64,000 bases of DNA, from contig CAVPVV010000003.1 of assembly GCA_963709325.1 (NCBI GenBank), positions 4,358,638 through 4,422,637 on the forward strand, in the 5' to 3' direction. Position 1 is the stretch's first letter; each line of letters starts with the position of its first letter. The DNA is from an uncultured Acidobacteriota bacterium (GTDB taxonomy: Bacteria; Acidobacteriota; Vicinamibacteria; Vicinamibacterales; UBA2999). The translations under genes were made by a program, and so were the position numbers. A model generated the notes under the pieces. That model did not search any database. It was not told where the DNA came from and saw only the letters and a list, made by a program, of their open reading frames with translations. Positions 9,746 through 18,624 of the stretch are shown here, in pieces.

Positions 9746-10889
9746 AGAGCCTTACGCTAACATCGCGCGTCGCGGCGTCGGGCTCGGCAAAGGCCAACAA
9801 GCGCGCCGCCTCCTCCTTCAGAGCACCCAGGTCTTTCTTCGACAGCCTGACGAAGGGCTCGAGCGTCAGCGTGGCGGTCTTGCCTTTCCGCACCAGCGAC
9901 CACGAGCCGGCGACGCTGCCATCCACGAGAAAGCATGCGGTGATCTGCAGGTTGCGGGTGCTGATGCGCGCCCGGTGCTCGTCGGCGATCACCCGGCTTC
10001 GGTCGTGGTGGCCGAGCAGCAGGTTGTCCCAGTCGGGCACGAGGCGAATCGGCGCTGGGGTGTCTTCTTCGGGTCGCGGCGCCTTCGGCAGATCGAACAG
10101 CTCGCGCTGACGCGCGTCGCGGAACGTGACCAGTTCCGGCCGCAGTCGCTCGAACACCGGCGCCAGCTTCGGCAGTCCCGACCAGGTCTGCGCATCGGCG
10201 ACGCTCGCCGGGCCGAACGCGGCGAGGTAGCGGCGCACGAGCGTGTCCGGCGCGGCGGCCGTCACGGGCACCGGCGCCTTCAGCCAGGTATCGGCGAGCG
10301 CGAAGTCGGCGGCGCCGGGATATCCCCATGTGATATCCGCTTCAGGCACCTGGACCAGCGGCAACGTCAGGCGGATGGCGTAGGCGAGCGACCGGATGTT
10401 GAGATCGGGGAACCGGGGTGCGAGGTGGTCGCGAATGGCATCGAAGGTGGCCGGCGCGGCCTTCAGGAACGCGCGCGTCGCCTTCTCGGCTGCCGGCAGA
10501 TCCATATCTCTGAGTGCCGGGCCGACGATCGAGGCCAGGCCGCGATCGAGCCCTGACTGGAGCGGTCCTCTCCACGCGCGATAATCGCGGGCCGACAGCA
10601 GGTGAAGGGTCCCGCGCATCGCCGTGACGCGGACGATGGTGCGGGCGTGGACCGCCTCGAGGAGCGCGGCACGCTCGAAGTCGCGGAGCCGGCTCCACAA
10701 GCCGATGAACGGCGGCCGCGGCAGTTGCGCCTGCAGGCCGGCGAGCTGCTCGATGGCGTCGAGCGGCGTGCGCGACTCGCGCGACAGGAGCATCTGCCGT
10801 GCGAGCAGTGCCCGGTTGAGCGCACGTTGGCTGAGCACGTTTGCCGACGCGCGACTGGTCTTTCCTGGTTTCGCCACCGACGCCGGCAA
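9744..10889 (-). CDS. winged-helix DNA-binding domain protein, YcaQ/AlkZ-like (putative DNA glycosylase family)
   Basis: 381-aa ORF. The N-terminal QRALNRALLARQMLL...LDAIEQLAGLQAQ pattern is recalled from the YcaQ family. Confidence 0.65.
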   Translation of the reverse strand: MPASVAKPGKTSRASANVLSQRALNRALLARQMLLSRESRTPLDAIEQLAGLQAQLPRPPFIGLWSRLRDFERAALLEAVHARTIVRVTAMRGTLHLLSARDYRAWRGPLQSGLDRGLASIVGPALRDMDLPAAEKATRAFLKAAPATFDAIRDHLAPRFPDLNIRSLAYAIRLTLPLVQVPEADITWGYPGAADFALADTWLKAPVPVTAAAPDTLVRRYLAAFGPASVADAQTWSGLPKLAPVFERLRPELVTFRDARQRELFDLPKAPRPEEDTPAPIRLVPDWDNLLLGHHDRSRVIADEHRARISTRNLQITACFLVDGSVAGSWSLVRKGKTATLTLEPFVRLSKKDLGALKEEAARLLAFAEPDAATRDVSVRL

Positions 10890-10923
10890 CTGCCCGACCC
10901 CCGTCTCCCGAACCCGAGGGGTT

Positions 10924-11307
10924 CTACTGCTTCTTTCCGGTGAAGGTTCCCGTCAGCTGTCCGCCCGCTATGTTTAGAGACCCCTTCATGCTGGCGCCGC
11001 CGGCGTCCACGGTTCCCGTATAGGCGACGTCGACTTTGGTGCCCTGGAGATCGGCGTCGAAGGTGAACTGAATCGCGGTCCCTTTGACGGTGCCGGTGAA
11101 GTCGGCTTCGCCCAATAACTGGCTGCTGTAGTGGCCCGTGAGCTTCTCGCCGTCCTGCTTGAACGTGACCGTCGGCTGGCCACCGCCCTGGCCGGTCTGC
11201 ACGTCGAACGTCCACTTACCAGTGACGTTTACGGCCTGGGCCACGGCCGGGATGGCCATCGCCACGACGACCGCGAGGATTACGCCGACTGCGCTGACCT
11301 TTCGCAT
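10924..11307 (-). CDS. small exported hypothetical protein (beta-rich)
   Basis: Signal peptide MRKVSAVGVILAVVVAMAIPAVAQA, followed by repeated GxxTGTxxG beta-strand-like segments. Confidence 0.7.
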   Translation of the reverse strand: MRKVSAVGVILAVVVAMAIPAVAQAVNVTGKWTFDVQTGQGGGQPTVTFKQDGEKLTGHYSSQLLGEADFTGTVKGTAIQFTFDADLQGTKVDVAYTGTVDAGGASMKGSLNIAGGQLTGTFTGKKQ

Positions 11308-11346
11308 ACCCCCTGCCTCCGCCGCGCATGATACATCTCATGACAT

Positions 11347-12885
11347 ATGCCCATGCATCGCTCTTCCTTGATCCGTCGCGCGATGGCTGGGCTCCTTCTC
11401 GGGCTGCTCCCGGCACTCGCCGGAGCGCAGGCCTTGCCCAACCTGTCGTTGTTGCGCGTCCGCTACAACACTGCGAAAACGAGCGCGAAGCCGGCGGGGG
11501 AGCTCAAGGCGCAGCTCGACGATGTCGACCGCGCGATCGCAGAGGCGTCACGGCTGGGGCGCAACGGCGAGGTGCGGCGGCTGATCGCCAAAGGGCTCGC
11601 GCTACTCGACGGGCGATCCTGGACACCCGAGGAGGAGTATCGCGGGTCGCTGGTGCTCCGCGCCGAGAGGGTATTCGCCGACGTTGCGCAGCCGTTCACG
11701 GTGCGCCTCGAGCAGATCTACGCGCCGGCGATCGAGCTCACCACGCCTCCTTCGGCCACCGTGACGCTCCGGCCGCTCCTCGCGCAGCCGGCGGGGACGT
11801 CCGAGTCGAGCGTTCTCACCTCGGTCGCCGACATCCCGCGCGATCTTCGCGAGTCGCCGCTCGTGCTCGATCTCGACGTGAGCAAGGCGCCTGATGGCCC
11901 CCACGAGCTCGTCGTCGAGGTCTCCCACGGCGGGCAGGCGGTCGGCCGGGTGACGATGCGGATGGCCGTGCAGCGCGGGCTCGACGCACGAGCCGCCGCC
12001 CTCGAGGCCGCGGCCGGGCGCGGGCCAGCAGCGGTCGCTGCCGACATCCGATATCCGCTCGACTACATGCGCAAGGTCAACCGCGGCCTGGTCGAGATCG
12101 GCAATTTCGATGTCGGTCGTGAGCTCGCCGCGGCTGAAGATGTGGCGCGAGCCGCTGCCGGCGGCCGCGATCCGTTCGCGGACCGCACCGGCGATTTCGA
12201 ACGCCACTATCTGCTGGCCGCCGCCGGCGAGATCATGCCCTACCGCGTCTACGTGCCCACCGAGTACGAGCGCGGCACGCCAACGCCGCTGGTCGTCGCG
12301 CTGCACGGGCTCGGCCTGAACGAAGACTCGTTCTTCGACAACTACCAGAGTGTCGCGCCGCGGCTTGCGGAGCAGTACGGGTTCCTGCTGGTAGCGCCGC
12401 TGGGATTCCGCGTCGACGGCTTTTACGGAGCGCGGCTGATGGCGGGCGGCGATCCGGCCGCCGCGCGCCGCGCGGAGCTGAGCGAGCAGGACGTGCTGCA
12501 GGTCGTGAAGCTGATGCAGGCGGACTACAGCGTTGATCCGGACCGGATGTACTTGATCGGGCACTCGATGGGAGCCATCGGTACCTGGGCGCTCGCGGCG
12601 AAGTACCCGGAAATGTGGGCGGCGGTGGCGCCATTCTCGGGCGTCGGAGCGCCGGCAACGGTGGCGGGGATGAAACACATCCCCGAGTTCGTCGTTCACG
12701 GCGACAACGATGCCACCGTCAATGTCAACGGCTCGCGGGCGATGGTCGAGGAGATGAAGAAGGTCGGCGTGGATGTGACCTACATCGAAGTTCCGGGCGG
12801 ATCCCACACCGACGTCGTCGTGCCCAACCTGCCGAAGGCGTTCGAGTTCCTGGCGGCGAAGAAACGAACGCCGGCTTCGCAGTAA
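11347..12885 (+). CDS. exported alpha/beta hydrolase (esterase/peptidase S9-like C-terminal domain)
   Basis: Signal peptide, nucleophile elbow LIGHSMGAIG, and later VVHGDNDATV and GGSHTD consistent with a Ser-Asp-His triad. Confidence 0.8.
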   Translation: MPMHRSSLIRRAMAGLLLGLLPALAGAQALPNLSLLRVRYNTAKTSAKPAGELKAQLDDVDRAIAEASRLGRNGEVRRLIAKGLALLDGRSWTPEEEYRGSLVLRAERVFADVAQPFTVRLEQIYAPAIELTTPPSATVTLRPLLAQPAGTSESSVLTSVADIPRDLRESPLVLDLDVSKAPDGPHELVVEVSHGGQAVGRVTMRMAVQRGLDARAAALEAAAGRGPAAVAADIRYPLDYMRKVNRGLVEIGNFDVGRELAAAEDVARAAAGGRDPFADRTGDFERHYLLAAAGEIMPYRVYVPTEYERGTPTPLVVALHGLGLNEDSFFDNYQSVAPRLAEQYGFLLVAPLGFRVDGFYGARLMAGGDPAAARRAELSEQDVLQVVKLMQADYSVDPDRMYLIGHSMGAIGTWALAAKYPEMWAAVAPFSGVGAPATVAGMKHIPEFVVHGDNDATVNVNGSRAMVEEMKKVGVDVTYIEVPGGSHTDVVVPNLPKAFEFLAAKKRTPASQ

Positions 12886-12925
12886 AAGAAACCACGAAGG
12901 GACGTCCCTTCGTGGTTTCTTTTTG
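12884..12925 (+). terminator. perfect palindromic hairpin AAGAAACCACGAAGGGAC/GTCCCTTCGTGGTTTCTT followed by T-run; member of the CACGAAGG word family
   Basis: 18-bp perfect inverted repeat centred at 12903/12904. It starts at the stop codon of the hydrolase gene. The trailing TTTTTGAC is identical to the end of the element at 17367-17499. Confidence 0.75.
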
Positions 12926-12943
12926 ACTGTGTACACTGCTCGG

Positions 12944-13756
12944 ATGAAGTGGGTAGCCGCGCTGGTCGTCGCGCTAGCGGTTGCCGGGGGCCTCGTTTCG
13001 GCGCAAGGGAGGCGCGGCGGGCGCTTCGGTGACACGGTGCCGATGGCGACGCCAGAGAGCTTCGACGGCGCCTTCCATTTCTGCCGGTTGGCGTTTCGCG
13101 GCGATCGCAACGGCGACGGCGGTGGCTGGGCGGTGGACTTCCCGCGCGCCGACGTGAACTTCTCGATACGCCTCAGCGAGCTCACCAAGACGGACGTGAG
13201 CTTCGACGCCGAGCGCGAGCCGAAGCACCTGGTGGTCCGCGCGACCGATCCCGAACTCTTCATGTGCCCGTTCGTCATGGCGACGGAGGTCGGGGCGGCC
13301 TATTTCGACGACGAGGAGTCGACGAAATTACGGGAGTATCTCGAGAAGGGCGGCTTTCTCTGGGCCGATGATTTCTGGGGCAGCTACGCCTGGGACTTCT
13401 GGCAGGCCCGGCTCGACCGGATCCTGCCACCGAGCCAGTATCACGTCGTCGATCTCCCGCCCGGTCACCCGCTGTTTCACACGCAATTCGAGGTCGCCGC
13501 CGTGCCGCAGATCCCGTCGATCAACTTCTGGATGGGCAGCGGCGGCGGCACTTCCGAGCGCGGCCGCGACAGCGCCGTGCCCCACGCGCGCGCGGTGTTC
13601 GATGCGGCCGGCCGGATCATGGTGCTGATGACCCATAACACCGACCTCGGCGATTCCTGGGAGCGCGAAGGCGACGACCCGCGCTACTTCTACACGTTTT
13701 CGGTGAACGGCTACGCGTTCGGGATCAACGCGGTGCTGTACGCAATGACCCACTGA
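12944..13756 (+). CDS. DUF4159-like exported protein
   Basis: Signal peptide MKWVAALVVALAVAGGLVSAQ. Conserved FHFCRLAF...GGGWAVDFPRAD and LWADDFWG motifs are recalled from DUF4159. Confidence 0.65.
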   Translation: MKWVAALVVALAVAGGLVSAQGRRGGRFGDTVPMATPESFDGAFHFCRLAFRGDRNGDGGGWAVDFPRADVNFSIRLSELTKTDVSFDAEREPKHLVVRATDPELFMCPFVMATEVGAAYFDDEESTKLREYLEKGGFLWADDFWGSYAWDFWQARLDRILPPSQYHVVDLPPGHPLFHTQFEVAAVPQIPSINFWMGSGGGTSERGRDSAVPHARAVFDAAGRIMVLMTHNTDLGDSWEREGDDPRYFYTFSVNGYAFGINAVLYAMTH

Positions 13757-13785
13757 CGATCGCTTCCTTCGGATTTCGGCTGTCG

Positions 13786-15723
13786 TCACTTCACGATCAC
13801 CCGTCCTTGCGCCTGCCATTTGCCGCTCGCGCCCCTCACCTCCAGCCAGAGCGTCGCGTTACCGGGCTGGGCTTCGTATTCGAAATCGTAGGTTTCGCCC
13901 ACTCCAATCGTGACTGCTGCGGGAACAGGGACCGCCTCGGCTTCGGGGACCGCCGCGCCATCCTTCGTGAGCGGGCGCCAGGTGACCGGCGCGGTCCGCG
14001 CCATCAATGACACGGTCAGCAGGTCGTCCGGTGTGATGTTGATCAGGCGCACGCGATGGCGCTGACCCGCGCGCCAGACCCAGCGGGGTTCACGCTCGCC
14101 GTTCACGACGAGCGAGCTGGCATCCTCGAGAATCCCAGACGCCTCCGAGGCGTCGCGGCGGCCGAGCACGACGATGTGATCGACGGCGGGATCGAATGCC
14201 TCCTCGGGCTCGGTGACGACGATCGCGCCGTACAGCCCCGACGAGAGCTGTTGGTAGTCATGGAAATGAGTGTGATAGATGAACGTGCCCGCTCGCGTCG
14301 GCGCGATCCGGACCACGAACGTGGCTCCCGGCTCGATCATCGGGGCCAGGTGCTGTTCGCTGCCGCTCCAACCGTGGACGCCGTCGTAGTAGCTGTCGAT
14401 CTCCAGTCCATGCCAGTGAATCGACGTGGCGACGGTCATCTGGTTGATGACGGCGATCTCGACTGGCTCGCCGCGGCGAAGGACGAGTAGCGGTCCCGGA
14501 GAGGCCGGCTGAGCCTCGGGCCGGGCGGCCTCGTCGTCAACGATGTGCACGCTGGCCGCATTCCGTCCGCCGCTCGCGCCCGGCACGCCGCGAATGGCCA
14601 TTGTCAACCGCCGGCGTGTCGCCGGCATTGGGCTCGGGGTTGGACTCGCAGGACTGGCGGGGAGCACGGTAATCCCCATCACCATGCCCGCCATGCCGAG
14701 CGACGGCTCTTTGTGGTCGTGCGAGTGCGACGTGTCGCTCGAGTCCCCTCTGCCGGCGGACATCCCGGCGTCGAGACGACGCTCCGGCGACACATGGTGC
14801 ATGACGTGACAGTGAAAGAGCCAGTTGCCCGCGCGTTCGGGTGTCCACTCCAGCAGCATCGTGCCTGCTGACGGCAGCAGCTGGGTCACGACGCGGCGCC
14901 CCTTTCCTCCGGCGACGGGCTCGTCTCGCCGTCCATCGCCGGTTCGCAGGACCGTGAAGTAGAAGCCATGGAGGTGCATGGGATGGACCTGCGAACTGAG
15001 GTTGATCACGCGCCACCGCACGGTGTCGCCGCGGCGATAAGTCAACCGTTCGGTGGCCGGCCACGAGCGTCCGTTGATGACGAAGGTGAGCTTGGGGTGC
15101 TCCGCCAGGAACGCTTCGGCGGCAATGTCTGCGCCAATGATTCTTCGCAGTTGGTCGATGTTGAGACTGGTCCACTCGGTGATGACGAAGATCCGGTCGG
15201 ACGGCGGCGGCTCGTTTGCTGGATCGATCACCAGCGCGCCAGCCAGCTCGCGGAACGGGACCGGCGCCTGCATCGTAGTTGCCCAGTAGTGGTATGTTCC
15301 GGCCCGTCCGGCGGCGAACTGGAGCTCGCGGCGCTCCCCGGATGGAACCTCCAGCGGCGAGCAGGGGTTGCCGTCTCGTGTACACAGCCCCTGCACTCGG
15401 AGCGAAACCGCCAGGTCGTTATGAATGGAGACCGCCAGCGTCGCGCCTTCGCGCACGCGGATCAGCGGTGCGGGAATGCTGAGGGCCGCGCCTTCTTCGC
15501 CGAACGCCTCGACGCTCAGCGCCGGCCCGTGCGGGCCTTCAGGACGCCACGCGCCCCGGCCCGCGCGGAGCGTAATCGTGACGATGTCGCCATCGACCGT
15601 TCCGGCCGCGCGAGTGTTGTCATTCGATTCCACGGTCTGGTCGCCGGCCGCCGCGCGAAGTGGATGGGCGACGAGCAGGCCGAATGCCAAAGCCGCCGCG
15701 GCGATGGGCTGAACGTATTGCAT
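13786..15723 (-). CDS. multicopper oxidase
   Basis: Copper-ligand motifs HWHGLEIDSYYDG, MHLHGFYF and HCHVMHH. Signal peptide present. Confidence 0.9.
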   Translation of the reverse strand: MQYVQPIAAAALAFGLLVAHPLRAAAGDQTVESNDNTRAAGTVDGDIVTITLRAGRGAWRPEGPHGPALSVEAFGEEGAALSIPAPLIRVREGATLAVSIHNDLAVSLRVQGLCTRDGNPCSPLEVPSGERRELQFAAGRAGTYHYWATTMQAPVPFRELAGALVIDPANEPPPSDRIFVITEWTSLNIDQLRRIIGADIAAEAFLAEHPKLTFVINGRSWPATERLTYRRGDTVRWRVINLSSQVHPMHLHGFYFTVLRTGDGRRDEPVAGGKGRRVVTQLLPSAGTMLLEWTPERAGNWLFHCHVMHHVSPERRLDAGMSAGRGDSSDTSHSHDHKEPSLGMAGMVMGITVLPASPASPTPSPMPATRRRLTMAIRGVPGASGGRNAASVHIVDDEAARPEAQPASPGPLLVLRRGEPVEIAVINQMTVATSIHWHGLEIDSYYDGVHGWSGSEQHLAPMIEPGATFVVRIAPTRAGTFIYHTHFHDYQQLSSGLYGAIVVTEPEEAFDPAVDHIVVLGRRDASEASGILEDASSLVVNGEREPRWVWRAGQRHRVRLINITPDDLLTVSLMARTAPVTWRPLTKDGAAVPEAEAVPVPAAVTIGVGETYDFEYEAQPGNATLWLEVRGASGKWQAQGRVIVK

Positions 15724-15892
15724 CCGACGACCCTACTGGGTTGCGAGGCGCGTCTCATGAAATTGCCGTCAGCGATTCGTGAAGTTTCGGTAATGGCGCG
15801 TTACCTTCGTTGACAACTCCTGGACGGTCCAGTACCTTGACCAGTGGTCCATTTGTCAGTCCCGGACCGCTCGCCGGTCCCAAGGAGCTTCC

Positions 15893-17365
15893 ATGACGTC
15901 TCGTCCGCCCCGCTCTAATTGGGGACTTTCGCTGGGTCTCGCTGCGCTTGCGTGCGGCGTGCTGGGGCTGGTGGCCCCGCTCGGCCTGCGTGCCCAGCAG
16001 CCGGCGCCGGCGCCAGCTGCCGCGGCTCCGGCGGTGACCTTTACGAAAGACATTGCGCCGATTCTGCAGCGCAGCTGCCAGAACTGCCATCGCCCGGGCC
16101 AGGTGGCGCCGATGTCGCTCATTTCCTACGAGGACGTGCGTCCGTGGGCGCGCGCGATCCGGCAGCGGACCTCGATTCGCGACAAGGCCGGCGCGATGCC
16201 GCCCTGGTACATCGAGAAGAACATCGGCATCCAGCAGTACAAGCACGATCCGTCGCTGTCCGACGCGGAAGTCGCGAAGATCGCGAGCTGGGTCGAGGCC
16301 GGTGCGCCGCGCGGCAACCCGGCCGACATGCCCACGCCGCTCAAGTGGGCGGACGATACGGCCTGGCAGATCGGCGAACCCGACATGATCGTGGACAGCC
16401 CCGAGATCGTCGTGAAGGCCAACGCCGCCGACTGGTGGGGCGAGCTGGAGCCGGTGAAGATCCCGCTGATGGAAGATCGGTACATCGCGGCGATCGAAAT
16501 CAAGGAAGTGAACGACGTCCCGAATGACGAGAAGGGCCGCGAGACGGTGGGCGGCCGCTATGTCTTTCATCACCTGATCTGGTCGGCGGCGGTGATCGAC
16601 GACAACGGCGAGATGCCCGAGAGCCAGGGACTCGGCCTGTGGCCGGTGCACGAAGTCGGGCGCAACGCCGACATCCTGGATCCCGACGCGGGGCGGGAGA
16701 TCAAGGCGGGCTCGAGCATCATCTTCGAGTCGACGCACCTGCACTCGAACGGGCGGGACACGAAGGCGAAGCTGCGCTTCGGCTTCAAGCTTCACCCAAA
16801 GGGCTACGAGCCGAAATACCGCAGCACGCTGCGCGCGCTCGGCAACGGGCTGGACATAGACATCAAGCCGAATGAGGCCAACCAGCAGCTGCACGCCTAT
16901 CTGGTACTCGACCGGCCGATGAAGGTCGTCACCTTCGAGCCGCACCTCCACGCGCCGGGCGCCCGGATGTGCCTCGAATACATCTGGGGCATCAACATCC
17001 AGACGGTCTCCTGCGCCGGCTACGATCACAACTGGGTCCGCCAGTACGAGTTCCAGGACGATTACGCGCCGCTGCTCCCGAAGGGCACGATCCTGCACAT
17101 CATCGGCTACATGGACAACACCGAGAAGAACAAGAACATCCCTGACCCGCGCAACTGGCAGGGCTCCGGCAATCGGTCCATCGCCAACATGTTCATCGAC
17201 CTCGGCCAGAGCGTGTCGCTCACCGAGGAGCAGTTCCAGCAGGAGATGGCGAAGCGCCGGGAGAACCGGAAGATGAAGAAGAACGACTTCTTCATCGACT
17301 GCCCGCTCTGCGGCGTGCCAGCGCCGCCCAAAACGACGAACACGGAAGTGCGCCAGCCGCAGTAA
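15893..17365 (+). CDS. exported cytochrome c domain protein fused to a PHM/DBH-like copper monooxygenase-type domain (function uncertain)
   Basis: AAGGAG RBS and a signal peptide. Heme motif CQNCH lies in TKDIAPILQRSCQNCHRPG. The downstream HH...H...HxH...M series (FHHLIW, STHLHS, EPHLHAPG, GYMDN) has PHM-like spacing. Confidence 0.75.
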   Translation: MTSRPPRSNWGLSLGLAALACGVLGLVAPLGLRAQQPAPAPAAAAPAVTFTKDIAPILQRSCQNCHRPGQVAPMSLISYEDVRPWARAIRQRTSIRDKAGAMPPWYIEKNIGIQQYKHDPSLSDAEVAKIASWVEAGAPRGNPADMPTPLKWADDTAWQIGEPDMIVDSPEIVVKANAADWWGELEPVKIPLMEDRYIAAIEIKEVNDVPNDEKGRETVGGRYVFHHLIWSAAVIDDNGEMPESQGLGLWPVHEVGRNADILDPDAGREIKAGSSIIFESTHLHSNGRDTKAKLRFGFKLHPKGYEPKYRSTLRALGNGLDIDIKPNEANQQLHAYLVLDRPMKVVTFEPHLHAPGARMCLEYIWGINIQTVSCAGYDHNWVRQYEFQDDYAPLLPKGTILHIIGYMDNTEKNKNIPDPRNWQGSGNRSIANMFIDLGQSVSLTEEQFQQEMAKRRENRKMKKNDFFIDCPLCGVPAPPKTTNTEVRQPQ

Positions 17366-17366
17366 C

Positions 17367-17499
17367 AGAAACCACGAAGGCACGAAAAGCACGAAGGACG
17401 ACACGAAGACTTTTTTGGGGTGTCACGCGTGCTTCCCCAAAGAGATTTTGGCCTTCGTGGTTCCCTTCGTGTCCTTCGAGCCTTCGTGGTTTCTTTTTG
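17367..17499. repeat. long imperfect hairpin of the CACGAAGG word family with inner TTGGGG...CCCCAA hairpin
   Basis: Outer 14-bp perfect pairing is AGAAACCACGAAGG (17367-17380) with CCTTCGTGGTTTCT (17481-17494). Inner arms match at 21 of 30 positions. It ends with TTTTTGAC as at 12921. Confidence 0.75.
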
Positions 17500-17524
17500 A
17501 CAGCGTTCAGATGGGGTCAAGTCG

Positions 17525-18473
17525 ATGACGGGACGGAGTTTTGGGGGAATGGTCGCGATCCTGGGGCTGGCGCTCGCGATGACGCGGGCCGGCGCCGGGG
17601 CGCAGTCGCTCTCGTACGGGAAGGGGCAGAACATCTCGCCCGCCTTCGAGGGCTGGGAGCAGAGCGACGACGGGTCGTTCAACATGCTGTTCGGCTACAT
17701 GAACCGCAACTGGGAAGAGGAGATTGACGTTCCGGTCGGGCCGAACAACAACATCTCGCCGGGTGACGCCGACCAGGGCCAGCCGACCCACTTCTATCCG
17801 CGCCGCAACCGTTTCGTGTTCAAGGTCAAGGTGCCGAAGGACTGGGGCAACAAGGAAGTGGTCTGGACGCTGACCACGAACGGCAAGACCGAGAAAGCGT
17901 TCGGCACGCTGCGCACCGACTCGTTCGTCGACAACCTCGTGCAGGCCTCCGAGCAGGGCGCGCTTGGCGCCGGGATGAGCTACACCGGCAATGCGCAAGA
18001 ACCAGGCGCCCACCCTCAAGGTCGACAGCGGCCCGAAACGCACCGTGAAAGTCGGCGAGCCGGTCCAGTTGATGGCCTACGCGTTCGACGACGGGATTCC
18101 GCGGCCGCGGTACGGTCCCGGATCGCGCAGCGAAAAGTACTTCGATCGTCCTGTGCAGGGCGTCCACCCGTCGCAGCGCCCCCCGGTCGCGTTGACCGTC
18201 GGCAGCCAGACCGGCCTGCGCGTCTCCTGGTTCGTCTATCGCGGTCCGAACAACGTGGCTTTCACACCGGAGCAGACCAAGGTGTGGGAGGACACGCGCG
18301 CCGGCGCCAATTCGCCGTGGGCGCCGCGGTGGGTGGCACCGACGATCCCGGAAGACGGCCGGATCGACACCACCGCCGTCTTCAGCGAGCCCGGCACCTA
18401 CGTGCTGCGCTGCCTGGCTTCGGACGGCGCCATCCAGAACACCTACGACGTCACCTTCGTCGTCACGCGATAG
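17525..18473 (+). CDS. exported hypothetical protein with C-terminal Ig-like beta-sandwich region, split by an apparent +1 frameshift near 17993-17997
   Basis: Signal peptide and plausible sequence in frame 2 up to ...GMSYTGNA. Plausible continuation KNQAPTLKVDSGPKRTVKVGEPV... in ORF 17991..18473 (frame 3). The span is 3n+1. Confidence 0.75.
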
Positions 18474-18603
18474 GAGACAGGAGGTAGGAGAGGAAATAGG
18501 AACGAGAAGCCAGGATTTGAATGCGGATTCCCCGGGTCCTGGTTCCTGGCTCCCAGTTTCTAGTTCCTGGTTCCTAGTTCCTGTCTCCTGCCTCCTCTCT
18601 CCT
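18472..18603. repeat. long imperfect hairpin built from AGGAG/GGAAC words (left) and CTCCT/GTTCC words (right)
   Basis: AGGAGACAGGAGGTAGGAGAGGA (left) against the reverse complement of TCCTGTCTCCTGCCTCCTCTCTCCT is about 85 percent identical by hand. It starts on the stop codon and ends 22 nt before the next ATG. Confidence 0.65.
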
Positions 18604-18624
18604 GTTAGTGGCATACTTTCCCTG

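Noticed and set aside
10910-10924. Hairpin GAACCC-gag-GGGTTC at the stop of the small exported protein gene.
   Set aside because: It has only 6 bp, a 3-nt loop and no U-tract on the relevant strand. That is not enough to call a terminator.
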